DNA of 64,000 nucleotides from Macrostomum lignano (taxonomy: Eukaryota), in contig NIVC01000176.1 in the NCBI GenBank assembly GCA_002269645.1, forward strand, positions 496,001 to 560,000, read 5' to 3'. This document shows positions 1 through 12,900 of this stretch, piece after piece; position 1 is the first letter of the stretch, and each line of letters starts with the position of its first letter. The notes under the pieces are model-generated. The model ran no database searches. It had not been told where the DNA came from and saw only the letters and a list, made by a program, of their open reading frames with translations. Made by a program: the position numbers and the translations under genes.

Positions 1-702
1 CGTTTAACTGTCACCGCCAAAACTGAAACAAATTAGACAGAAAATTGAATAATTTAAGACAAATTAATGATTCTCTGAATTATAATCGTTTATATTAGAT
101 TAGAATTTTTCACAAACGAGAGTAGGGCGGTCACAGCTGATAATATATATCTATATATAGTTCGGTCACATCACGCTACTCATAGGAACAGATGTTAAGG
201 AGCACAGAATTCGCGAAAAGAAATTTTCTTATTTTGCTTTGGAGCTGTAAAATTTACAATTTACATGCAAATCCTTCTGTCTTAAAAGTAGCCACATGTA
301 TCTACAGTGGTGCAGCTTGAGAAATTGAACATCTACTACTTACATATTATCCATTTAGTAGCCTATAGTGTTAATAAATACGAATGAAATACTATTAGAA
401 AAAACAGCACAGAATAAAATTCGCATTGCCAAGAGGAAAAAAATCATACTTGAATTTCAAGCGGTGCGCGAAACCTCGGCGGCTGCGAATAACCGGATGA
501 CGAAAACAAAACATTTTGCAGAGAGAACAGCCTGCATCAGATTGCGGAATTAACAAATGAAGGAGCGAAAATGAAAATTTGCAGCGCTGATTCTGCTTAA
601 AATTTCTCGATGAAAAATAATATTGATGAAACAGGTTGTGAATTTCACTCTGGGTTTCTATTGGATAATATTGTAATCAGATTAATTAGCACACGCAAAC
701 GC

Positions 703-1876
703 TGACGATCTGGGATGCTGGCCCAGCAACTGAGGATCTGGGAGGCTGGCCCAGGAACTGAGGATCTGGGAGTGGCCCAGTCACTGAAGATTCTGGAGGC
801 TGGCCCAGCAACTGAGGATCTGAAAGGCTGGCCCAGGAACTGAGGATCTGGGAGGCTGGCCCAGCAACTGAGGATCTGGGAGGCTGGCCCAGCAACTGAG
901 GATCTGGGCGGCTGGCCCAGCAACTGAGGATCTGGGATGCTGGCCCAGCAACTGAGGATCTGGGATGCTGGCCCAGCAACTGAGGATCTGGGATGCTGGC
1001 TCAGAGACTCAGGATCTGGGATGCTGGCCCAGCAACTGAGGATCTGGGAGGCTGACCCAGCAACTGAGGATCTGGGATGCTGGCTCAGAGACTCAGGATC
1101 TGGGATGCTGGACCAGCAACTGAGGATCTGGGAGGCTGGCCCAGCAACTGAGGATCTGGGAGGCTGGCCCAGGAACTGAGGATCTGGGAGTGGCCCAGTC
1201 ACTGAAGATTCTGGAGGCTGGCCCAGCAACTGAGGATCTGAAAGGCTGGCCCAGGAACTGAGGATCTGGGAGGCTGGCCCAGCAACTGAGGATCTGGGAG
1301 GCTGGCCCAGCAACTGAGGATCTGGGCGGCTGGCCCAGCAACTGAGGATCTGGGATGCTGGCCCAGCAACTGAGGATCTGGGATGCTGGCCCAGCAACTG
1401 AGGATCTGGGATGCTGGCTCAGAGACTCAGGATCTGGGATGCTGGCCCAGCAACTGAGGATCTGGGATGCTGGACCAGCAACTGAGGATCTGGGATGCTG
1501 GCCCAGCAACTGAGGATCTGGGAGGCTGGCCCAGCAACTGAGGATCTGAAAGGCTGGCCCAGGAACTGAGGATCTGGGATGCTGGCCCAGCAACTGAGGA
1601 TCTGGGATGCTGGACCAGCAACTGAGGATCTGGGATGCTGGCCCAGCAACTGAGGATCTGGGAGGCTGGCCCAGCAACTGAGGATCTGGGATGCTGGACC
1701 AGCAACTGAGGATCTGGGATGCTGGCCCAGCAACTGAGGATCTGGGATGCTGGCCCAGCAACTGAGGATCTGGGAGGCTGGCTCAGCAACTGAGGATCTG
1801 GGAGGCTGGCTCAGCAACTGAGGATCTGGGAGGCTGGCCCAGCAACTGAGGATCTAGGAGGCTGGCCCAGCAACTG
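703..1876. repeat. 28-bp minisatellite (GCTGGCCCAGCAACTGAGGATCTGGGAG) with ~420-bp higher-order block
   Basis: Tandem copies are directly visible. The variant block GTGGCCCAGTCACTGAAGATTCTGGAG recurs at ~770 and ~1190. Confidence 0.97.
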
Positions 1877-3159
1877 CCAGGTATGTCCAAACTCAACAAC
1901 CGCAGCATATGATTAAAGTAGTGACGCAGCATAATCACAGAATGGAATCAACAAATCCCCATAAACTGGTACAAAGAAGACAAAAAACAGTGACCAACGA
2001 AACTGAAGGAAAACAACAGAGCAGCGCCCAGACCAAAAAAACAAAAAAGCATCCAGCTGAAGCAGGTAGAAAAGGCCGCAAAAATTAAAAAGTTTCAAGC
2101 CACGGCACAGGTCTACAAATTTCAGGCTGTTATTTAAAAACAACAGAACGAGCAAACGCTTTGACAAAAAATAAAACACACTTCGTAAAACATAAGGCTT
2201 TAATACTTGGATAAGAAGGGAAGTATCTTGTTGAACTACTCAAGGACAACTCAACTAGAAGGACAGGAAGGTAAGTTTCTTCTGCCTTATAGCTCTATTG
2301 ATATTAATAAAGCTTTTTGTTCAGAAAATTAGGATTCTATATATGTTAGTTTTTTATTCTACGTACAATTGCATGTCCTGTGCCTAAAAACCATTGGTTT
2401 TATGAATCTATTTTTTCATTCTTAGCTGACTGTAACAATATGTGCAACAGAGATGATCAAATTGATGCATAAAACCAAAAGCAGGCATGTGCGTAGAATA
2501 ATAAATAAACAAAGAGTCCTTATTTTCTGAACAAACAGCTTTGAAAGGCCAAACATACCAAAAGATGCTCACTGGGTCTGCCTCCTATCAAAAGCAATAA
2601 CGATTTTAATCTGAAAAAATGACAGTTCTTATCTCTGTAGTATATTTTTCGGCAAAAACCAGCCTCCTTAACACTTTCGTGGTTTACCCGTCCTTCTATT
2701 TTAATAGTTGCAGTCCTTGAGTTTTATAGATTTGAAAAAAATAGCTTAACAAGCTTACAAAAATAGCATCAGAGCAAAACAAAGCATTAAATTATTGTAT
2801 GAATGCTAAAACAAATAAATACGCTGGGATACTCCTGACAGACAGGTTACAGACGGTGGTTTTCCAAGATATTCAAACAAAAGAGTTATCAAACATGTCG
2901 AAAAACAATCCAAGCAAATGGAATTTCTTACAAGCTTAACAGCAGACAGCATTAGGAATAAGAACACTGCGAAGGCATGTTGAGTTTAAAGACAACTGCC
3001 TGTGTCTACTGCTGAAACATCGAACCACTCATTTTCTACGGCCTTAATCTAAAAAAATTATTGAATAATCAAAATGATAAATTCAGTACCTGTTTAAGCG
3101 CAGCACATATTGACTATGGAAGCCCGGTAGCACTGCTCACATTTGTCTATATGACAGGA

Positions 3160-3808
3160 GGGGCCCAGCAACTGAGGATCTGGGAGGCTGGCCCAGCACC
3201 TGAGGATCTGGGAGGCTGGCTCAGCAACTGAGGATCTGGGAGGCTGGCCCAGCAACTGGGGATCTGGGAGGCTGGCTCAGCAACTGAGGATCTGGGAGGC
3301 TGGCTCAGCAACTGGGGATCTGGGAGGCTGGCCCAGCACCTGAGGATCTGGGAGGCTGGCTCAGCAACTGAGGATCTGGGAGGCTGGCCCAGCACCTGAG
3401 GATCTGGGAGGCTGGCTCAGCAACTGAGGATCTGGGAGGCTGGCCCAGCAACTGGGGATCTGGGAGGCTGGCTCAGCAACTGAGGATCTGGGAGGCTGGC
3501 TCAGCAACTGGGGATCTGGGAGGCTGGCCCAGCACCTGAGGATCTGGGAGGCTGGCTCAGCAACTGAGGATCTGGGAGGCTGGCCCAGCAACTGGGGATC
3601 TGGGAGGCTGGCTCAGCAACTGAGGATCTGGGAGGCTGGCTCAGCAACTGGGGATCTGGGAGGCTGGCCCAGCAACTGGGGATCTGGGAGGCTGGCTCAG
3701 CAACTGAGGATCTGGGACGCTGGCCCAACAACTGAGGATCTGGGAGGGTGGCCCAGCAACTGAGGATCTGGGAGGCTGGCCCAGCAACTGAGGATCTGGG
3801 AGGCTGCC
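3160..3808. repeat. Second array of the same 28-bp minisatellite family
   Basis: Same monomer as 703-1876, with CTCAGCAACTGAG, CCCAGCACCTGAG and CTGGGGATC variants. Confidence 0.97.
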
Positions 3809-3975
3809 TAGCACCGTCTGGGAAGGGCGGCAGTGGCCCAGTCTGATCTCGAGTATCTAACCATAATAATGAGAAATGAAAAGTGCTACAAAGCCTGGCT
3901 AATTGAAGCATGGATCTGACGATGTGATAGCAATAAAAACCAGCAATCCCTGTCCTCATCATGACTACCCGACAT

Positions 3976-6900
3976 TCACGGCCCCTTCTTCGGCCCACTA
4001 GCACTGAACTTAACCAGCAGCCGTCGGGAGCCAACCGCCTGGCCGTTCAGCGCCATCATGGCCCGCCTGGCGTCCTCCTGGCTGCGCATGTTGACAAAAG
4101 CGCAGCAGGACTGCCTGAGCAGCCTGGCCGATACGACGCTGCCGTGACGGGCGAAAGCGGCGCACAGCTGCTCTTCGCTGACGTCAGGCATGACGTTGCC
4201 AACCCACAGAGCGGTGATTTTCATTTCTGTTTGTTGCTGCTCCTGCTGCGGTTGCTGCTCGGTCGGAGAATGAGAGTTATAGTTATTTTTCTGCTGAGCT
4301 AGCGGCTGCTGATGATGCTGCAGCTGCGGCTTGCTCTGCCCGATGGCTTGAGCATAGGAAGATTTAGCTGCAGCTGTGTACGATTGAGCCGCTGATGATG
4401 GACGGGCCTGCAGAGGGCGAGGCGATGAAAGAATGGAGCATTTTGAACCAATCGGACATATTGAGTGACCGCAAGTGAAGGTGATCTTCACAAACTATAG
4501 AATCTTCACAAACTATAGAATCTTCACAAACTATACAATCTTCACAAACTATACAATCTTAACAAACTATAGAATCTTCACAAACTATACAATCTCCACA
4601 AGCTATATAAAATTTCTACAAACTATAGAATATACACAAACTATACAATCTTCACAAACTACAGAATCTTCACAAACTATACAATCTTCACAAACTATAG
4701 AATCTTAACAAACTATAGAATCTTCACAAACTATAGAATCTTCACAAACTATACAATCTTCACAAACTATACAATCTTCACAAACTATAGAATCTTTACA
4801 AACTATAGAATCTTCACAAACTATAGGATCTTCACAAACTATAGAATCTTCAAAAACTATAGAATCTTCACAAACTATAGGATCTTCACAAACTATAGAA
4901 TCTTCACAAACTATAGAATCTTCACAAACTATAGAATCTTCACAAACTATTGAATCTTCACAAACTATTGAATCTTCACAAACTGTACAATCTTCACAAA
5001 CTATTGAATCTTCACAAACTATACAATCTTCACAAACTATACAATCTTCACAAACTATACAATCTTCACAAACTATAGAATCTTCACAAACATCATAATC
5101 TTCACAAACTATACAGTCTTAACAAACTATACAATTTTCACAAACTATGGAATCTTCACAAACTATAGAATCTTCACAAAGTATAGAATCTTCACAAAGT
5201 ATAGGATCTTCACAAACTATAGGATCTTCACAAAGTATAGAATCTTCACAAACTATGGAATCTTAACAAACTATATAGAATCTTTACAAACTATAGGATC
5301 TTCACAAACTATACAATCTTCACAAACTATAGAATCTTTACAAACTATACAATCTTCACAAACTATAGGATCTTCACAAACTATAGAATCTTCAAAAACT
5401 ATACAATCTTCACAAACTATTGAATCTTCACAAACTATTGAATCTTCACAAACTGTACAATCTTCACAAACTATACAATCTTCACAAACTATACAATCTT
5501 CACAGACTATGGAATCTTCACAGACGATACAATCTTCACAAACTATAAAATCTTCACAAACTATAGGATCTTCACAAACTATACAATCTTCACAAACTAT
5601 ACAATCTTCACAAACTATAGAATCTTTACAAACTATACAATCTTCACAAACTATAGGATCTTCACAAACTATAGAATCTTCAAAAACTATACAATCTTCA
5701 CAAACTATTGAATCTTCACAAACTATTGAATCTTCACAAACTGTACAATCTTCACAAACTATACAATCTTCACAAACTATACAATCTTCACAGACTATGG
5801 AATCTTCACAGACGATACAATCTTCACAAACTATAAAATCTTCACAAACTATAGGATCTTCACAAACTATAGAATCTTCACAAACTATAGAATCTTCACA
5901 AACTATACAATCTTCACAAACTATTGAATCTTCACAAACTATTGAATCTTCACAAACTGTACAATCTTCACAAACTATACAATCTTCACAAACTATACAA
6001 TCTTCACAGACTATGGAATCTTCACAGACGATACAATCTTCACAAACTATAAAATCTTCACAAACTATAGGATCTTCACAAACTATAGAATCTTCACAAA
6101 CTATAGAATCTTCACAAACTATACAATCTTCACAAACTATACAATCTTCACAGACTATGGAATCTTCACAGACGATACAATCTTCACAAACTATAAAATC
6201 TTCACAAACTATAGGATCTTCACAAACTATAGAATCTTCACAAACTATAGAATCTTCACAAACTATACAATCTTCACAAACTATTGAATCTTCACAAACT
6301 GTACAATCTTCACAAACTATACAATCTTCACAAACTATACAATCTTCACAGACTATGGAATCTTCACAGACGATACAATTTTCACAAACTATAAAATCTT
6401 CACAAACTATAGGATCTTCACAAACTATAGAATCTTCACAAACTATAGAATCTTCACAAACTATACAATCTTCACAAACTATACAATCTTCACAGACTAT
6501 GGAATCTTCACAGACGATACAATCTTCACAAACTATAAAATCTTCACAAACTATAGGATCTTCACAAACTATAGAATCTTCACAAACTATAGAATCTTCA
6601 CAAACTATACAATCTTCACAAACTATAGGATCTTCACAAACTATAGGATCTTCACAAACTATACAATTTTCACAGACGATACAAGCTCCAGCAACTTTAG
6701 AAGCCTCACCTGCTGGGAAACAGCTGGCACGGCGGTCCGAGGCTGTACATTCCCGTGAGGCGAGGCGGCGGTGGCCACCGTCATCAGCCAGTCAGCGGCC
6801 AGCTGCATGTTGCCATTATTTCTATTCAAAGCTTCCTCGCACCGAGCGGCTGTAAAACCCATGGACTCTAACTGAAGTTTTTTGGCTTCGTTCAGCTTAG

Positions 6901-9900
6901 CGGCCGCGTCTGAACTGTTCGGGTCGATCGCCAGCACGTGAGCAAAGCTGGCGCAGGCCTCGGCCGGCTGCTCCAAGCGCAGCTGGGCCAGGCCGCGCAT
7001 GTAGAATCCGCGGGCGTAGACAGGGCTGAGGCGGACGGCCTCGTTGGCGTCTGTTAGGCATTCCTGGAATTTGTCAGTTTAGCGGATTGCCTCTAACCTT
7101 CAGGTGCTTCAGTGGGTTGTCTGCCTCTAACCTTCAGATGCTTCAGTGGGTTGTCTGCCTCTAACCCTCAGGTGCTTCAGTGGGTTGCCTCTAACCTTCA
7201 GGTGCTTCAGTGGGTTGTCTGCCTCTAACCCTCAGGTGCTTCAGTGGGTTGTTTGCCTCTAACCTTCAGATGCTTCAGTGGGTTGTCTGCCTCTAACCTT
7301 CAGGTGCTTCAGTGGGTTGTCTGCCTCTAACCCTCAGGTGCTTCAGTGGGTTGCCTCTAACCTTTAGGTGCTTCAGTGGGTTGTCTGCCTCTAACCCTCA
7401 GGTGCTTCAGTGGGTTGTTTGCCTCTAACCTTCAGATGCTTCAGTGGGTTGTCTGCCTCTAACCTTCAGGTGCTTCAGTGGGTTGTCTGCCTCTAACCCT
7501 CAGGTGCTTCAGTGGGTTGTCTGCCTCTAACCTTCAGATGCTTCAGTGGGTTGTCTGCCTCTAACCCTCAGGTGCTTCAGTGGGTTGTCTGCCTCTAACC
7601 CTCAGGTGCTTCAGTGGGTTGCCTCTAACCTTCAGGTGCTTCAGTGGGTTGCCTCTAACCCTCAGGTGCTTCAGCGGGTTGCCTCTAACCCTCAGGTGCT
7701 TCAGTGGGTTGCCTCTAACTCTCAGGTGCTTCAGCGGGTTGCCTCTAACCCTCAGGTGCTTCAGTGGGTTGCCTCTAACCCTCAGGTGCTTAAGCGGGTC
7801 CCTCTAGCTTTCAGGGCCTTGAATAGGTTGCCTCTAACTCACAGGTACTTGAGTGAATTGTTTTTAACCCTCAGGTGCTTCAGTGGTTTACAATTCCAAT
7901 TTTTCAGATATTGAATTCAATCCAGTTCTAAGAAATGCCACTGCATTGTTGATTAGCAGTGTACCAACTAACCCGAAATCTGTCCAACTGATACAAACAG
8001 GCGGCCCTGCTGCCATAGTAGCGACAGTCGGTGGGATTCAAACTAATAGCATTGCAATATAACTGCAGGGCCCTGTTTAGCTCGCAAGCAGCCATGCACG
8101 CATTAGCAGCTTTAGCTAGTTCACGGGATGTGGCTATGGGCTCTACTGTAGGGTTAGCAATTGGCTGCTGTTGCTGCTGCTGCTGTTGCTGCTGCTGCTG
8201 TTGTTGCTGCTGCTGCTGCTGAAGCAGATGAATTTGCCGCGGTCGGGGCTTCGGTTTCGGCGGCTCAGACGACTCAGATGCGAAAGCTAACGACTGGGGA
8301 ACAATCGGCTGCAACTGCTGCTGCTGCTGATGATGATGTTGATAAAGATGCTGACGATGAAGCTGGTTAGACAATTGATTGACAGCTTGTACACTATCAA
8401 CAGGATATATTGGCTGTTGCTGCTGCTGTAGCGGCTGCTTGTCATAAATAGTGGATAGCGACCCACCGGATTTTATACCAGACACGACAAATGCGCTGTT
8501 TGAGTCGAAATTTTCCTAAAGAATTTAAAAAGTAGATCGAGAACGAAATTGATTTGTTATTCAACCTTTTTTTCGACTACTATTAGTAGGGTATTACAAA
8601 AGTTCAAAATTTATTATTTTCATTAATATACGACAAAAAGCTCGTCTCTTATATAGCTACTTAGAGTAGATAAAGTAGCATGTGTAAATAGGTTGAAAAA
8701 AGTTTCAAGTTCCAAATTTGAACAATTGCGCACTAACCTCTTCTATATTTCCATCTGTATTGTTTTCACCGTGGTCTGCAGATCCGTTTGAACTGCCAGC
8801 TTCGTGAGATAAGCCACCGTTTCCATGGTGACCACCGCTGCCATTCGCATTAGCAAAAGACGATTGCAGCTCAAGATTTTGCTTTTTGCGCAGCTTTTTT
8901 TCTCTCTTTTTTCGCTTTTTTTCATCTCGTTTAAGCTGCTGCTCCTTTCTCTGCTCCTCGGCCTCAATCAGCTCGTTGGCATTCTTTTCTGCTTCCTGCG
9001 GACCGGCGCATTGGGGTGCGAGAGTGAGCGGAGAGGCAGATTCTCAAGCACTGAGGGAATGGGGAGGCAGATTCTCAAGCACTGAGGGAATGGAGAGGCA
9101 GATTCTCAAGCACTGAGGGAGAGCGGAGAGGCAGATTCTCAAGCACTGAGGGAGAGCGGAGAGGCAGATTCTCAAGCACTGAGGGAGAGCGGAGAGGCAG
9201 ATTCTCAAGCACTGAGGGAATGGGGAGGCAGATTCTCAAGCACTGAGGGAATGGAGAGGCAGATTCTCAAGCACTGAGGGAATGGGAGAGGCAGATTCTC
9301 AAGCACTGAGGGAATGGGGAGGCAGATTCTCAAGCACTGAGGGAATGGAGAGGCAGATTCTCAAGCACTGAGGGAATGGGAGAGGCAGATTCTCAAGCAC
9401 TGAGGGAGAGCGGAGAGGCAGATTCTCAAGCACTGAGGGAGAGCGGAGAGGCAGATTCTCAAGCACTGAGGGAGAGCGGAGAGGCAGATTCTCAAGCACT
9501 GAGTGAGCGGAGAGGCAGATTCTCAAGCACTGAGGGAATGGGGAGGCAGATTCTCAAGCACTGAGGGAATGGAGAGGCAGATTCTCAAGCACTGAGGGAA
9601 TGGGAGAGGCAGATTCTCAAGCACTGAGGGAATGGAGAGGCAGATTCTCAAGCACTGAGGGAATGGAGAGGCAGATTCTCAAGCACTGAGGGAATGGGAG
9701 AGGCAGATTCTCAAGCACTGAGGGAATGGGAGCGGCAGATTCTCAAGCACTGAGTGAGCGGAGAGGCAGATTCTCAAGCACTGAGGGAGAGCGGAGAGGC
9801 AGATTCTCAAGCACTGAGGGAGAGCGAAGAGGCAGATTCTCAAGCACTGAGTGAGAGCGGAAAGGCAGATTCTCAAGCACTGAGGGAATGGGAGAGGCAG

Positions 9901-12900
9901 ATTCTCAAGCACTGAGGGTGTAGGAACGCATTCTAAAGCAGAAACTCAGCCAAATCAAGGGCAAAGGTGGTAAAACCAGTTTACCTCAGCAGTTCTTATC
10001 ACTTTTTCTCTATTATGATATGTCGGACTGCGATGGTCATTGGACTCCGATGACTGGGACGCAGCGCCATGACCATTTAGCTGCCATGGACGATGGTAGT
10101 CTGATGGGGAATGAGAAAGTTGAGCAAATAGTTTGTAGAAAGCCCAATTTCTAAATTGGAAATAAAGGAAATCATATATTAATTAAAAACTTCTTTTCAA
10201 TCACTTACCATAATCATCATCGTCACTTGTATCGGAGTCAGATGGAACTGCAACAATGCCAGTTAGATAAATGTCAACAAGTATGTATTTAATTCAATAC
10301 TAATGCATTAAATTTTAACAAGCATATGCTCGTAAACTTACCATCTTCATCAAATAGAGCACTGAACAGGTACCACATAAACATGGGATCCTTAAACTTT
10401 TCATCCAAATCTTTCACCTCCTGTTCTGTACCTGTTAGCTTTTTGAAAGCCAATGTCAGTAGCCGAAATTTCTACAAAGAAATAAGAGAAAAAATAGCAA
10501 AAAGTCAATGTTTACATTATCAATACAATTATACAAGTCTGTGAATTTCAACTTACAGAGGCAACAATCTCCAATTCAGACTGATTGAGTCTTTCAGGAT
10601 GCAACTGGATAGCCTGGTTTTTATAAGCAGCCTTAATATCTGCTGGAGTTAGCAATGCATCTAAAAGTTGTTTAGAGATATTATTATTAACATGACCAAG
10701 CCAAACATACAAATAAGCCTACAAAGTTAGCAACAATTACATACATGCGCAACCTTGGGAATCACCCGGCCGTTTCTATTGGCAACACACACATGTAAGT
10801 CGCTATTGGCTGAGAGCAGTCACGCGACTATTATTCTGTCCAATAGCGACTAACATGTGTGTGTTGCCAATAGAAACGGCCGAGTGAATCCCAAGGTTGC
10901 GCCCAAGCATGGCAACAAATACCAACTGATTAAGACTCCAGAATTTGTTATTGTATTAAACAACAAAATTTATATGCTCAATACACAAGAATAATGGCAA
11001 AAATGGCCAATTTTAGGTCTTAGGCCATTGACTTTTTACCTTGTTATTTCAGATAAGCCATGAAAAAACTAAATACAATTGGACCCAATAGGACAATTTT
11101 GCAACAATTTAAATGAACCTTGGAGTGGCAATGTAAATGCTACCATAGATAAATGACAAACTTAAATGATTTATCTAGGCCCATTGCCATATTGCATGGT
11201 TTTCTAGTTTTATTTTAACAAAATTGAATTCTAGTTCTATTTTAACAAAAGTGAATTCTGGTTCTATTTTAACAATGGCACATTTTTTTCAATAGGATAA
11301 AAATTTTTGTATGTATACAACTAGTGCATTCAATTTTATTATTGTCATGGGAGAGGGTAGGATAGTGGGTGCAATGGTAATAAATTCTTTTTTATCTAGT
11401 TGACACAAAATACTATATTAGACAAATTCATTTTATTGAAACTAATATTCTATTTTGTTAGCACTAATGATTGGATAACTATTAAAGCCAGAGACAGCTA
11501 ATTGTCATTGATAAGTTTTTAGGTTATCTACTAGCAATCTTCGCCGATGGGGGACATCTGGATAGAATCCTTGTTCTTTACAAATAAAGACTCCAAGACA
11601 AATAACAAATAGACAGCAAAATAAAGCTTTTATAAAAAAGCAACAGACATTCCCTCTAAAAACAAAACATCCCAAGACAGCAAGCATCCCCAGACAGCAT
11701 TCAAGCATCGATCCCCAAATAGCAAGCATCCCCCAGATAGCAAGCATACCCCCAATAGCAAGCATTCCCCAGACCCCCAATAGCAAGCATTCCCCAGACC
11801 CCAGATAGCAAGCATCCTCAGATAGCAAGCATCCCCCAAATAGCAAGCATTCCCCAGACCGCAAGCAACCCCAGATAGCAAGCATAACCTGGACACAAAG
11901 AGACCTTATAGATATCTAGCAACCCACTCTCAGATAGCAAGTACCCTCCACCCCCCAAGAGCAAGCATCTCCCAATAGCAAGTTACCCCAGTAGCAAGCA
12001 TTCTTCCAATAGCAAGCATCCCCCCAATAGCAAGCATCTCTTAGATAGCAAGCATCCCCCTGATAGCAAGTATCCATCCTTAAATAGCAAACATCCACCA
12101 GAGAACAAGTAGCTAGTGCAATAAGTTCCTTAGCTTAATAGTGGCTCCATTTTGTTTGGCATGACACTTCCTTTTATGTTTTAAACGGTTGTTCTTCTAT
12201 GTTTGAAATGGTGTCTCTTCTATGTTTGACATGGTGGCTCTTTTGTGTTTGACATGATAGCTCTTTAATGTTTGACATGGTGGCTCTTCTATGTTTGACA
12301 TGGGTTCTTTAATATTGACATGGTGGCTCTTCTATGTTTGCCATGGCGGCCCTTTTACATTTAAAATGGTATCTCTGTTATTTTTGACCTGGTGGCTCAG
12401 TTGTCTGACATGGTGGCTCTTTAATGTTTGACATGGAGTCACATATATGTTTGACTTGGTGGCTCTTATATGTTTTACATGGTGGCCCTTTACTGTTTGA
12501 CATCGTGGCTCTTTAACATTTGACATGGAGGCACGTAAATGTTTGTCATGGTGGCTTTTTTATGTTTGACATGGTGGCTCTTTTATGTTTGGCATGGTGG
12601 CTTTTTAATGTTTGGCATGGTGGCTCTTTTATGTTTGACATGGTGGCTCTTTTATGTTCGACATGGTGGCTCTTTCATGTTTTGCATGGTGGCCTTTATT
12701 GTTTGACATGGTGGCTTTTTAATGTTTGACATGGAGGCCCTTTGATGTTTGGCATGGTGGCTCTATAATGTTCGACATTATGGCTCTTTTATGTTTTGCA
12801 TGGTGGCTCTTTTATGTTTGGCATGGTGGCTCTTTAATGTTTGGCATGGTGGCTCTTTAATGTTTGACATGGTGGCTTTTTTGTTTGACATGGTGGCTCT

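Noticed and set aside
645-1817. Several 100-250 aa ORFs (LGQPPRSSVAGPASQILSCW...)
   Set aside because: Translations of a 28-bp tandem repeat that lacks stops on one strand. All three frames give the same peptide.
1880-2276. Donor-like sites (1881, 2271) and a 48-codon Lys-rich ORF from ~1942
   Set aside because: No recognisable homology and no consistent exon chain.
4408-4491. Possible CCCH-like extension (TCGHSICPIGSKC) of the last TTC31-like exon
   Set aside because: It lacks the final His and has only a weak AAG acceptor next to the satellite. A much better pyrimidine-rich CTCTGCAG acceptor lies at 4408.
5509-6855. 448-aa SSQTIE-repeat ORF (mucin-like look)
   Set aside because: An 18-bp minisatellite inside an intron, antisense to the TPR/UBA exon.
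11505-11600. Non-repetitive tail of ORF 11505-11885 (CKEQGFYPDVPHRRRLL)
   Set aside because: Too short to assign, no splice phase fit with the J-domain exons, and the rest of the ORF is minisatellite.
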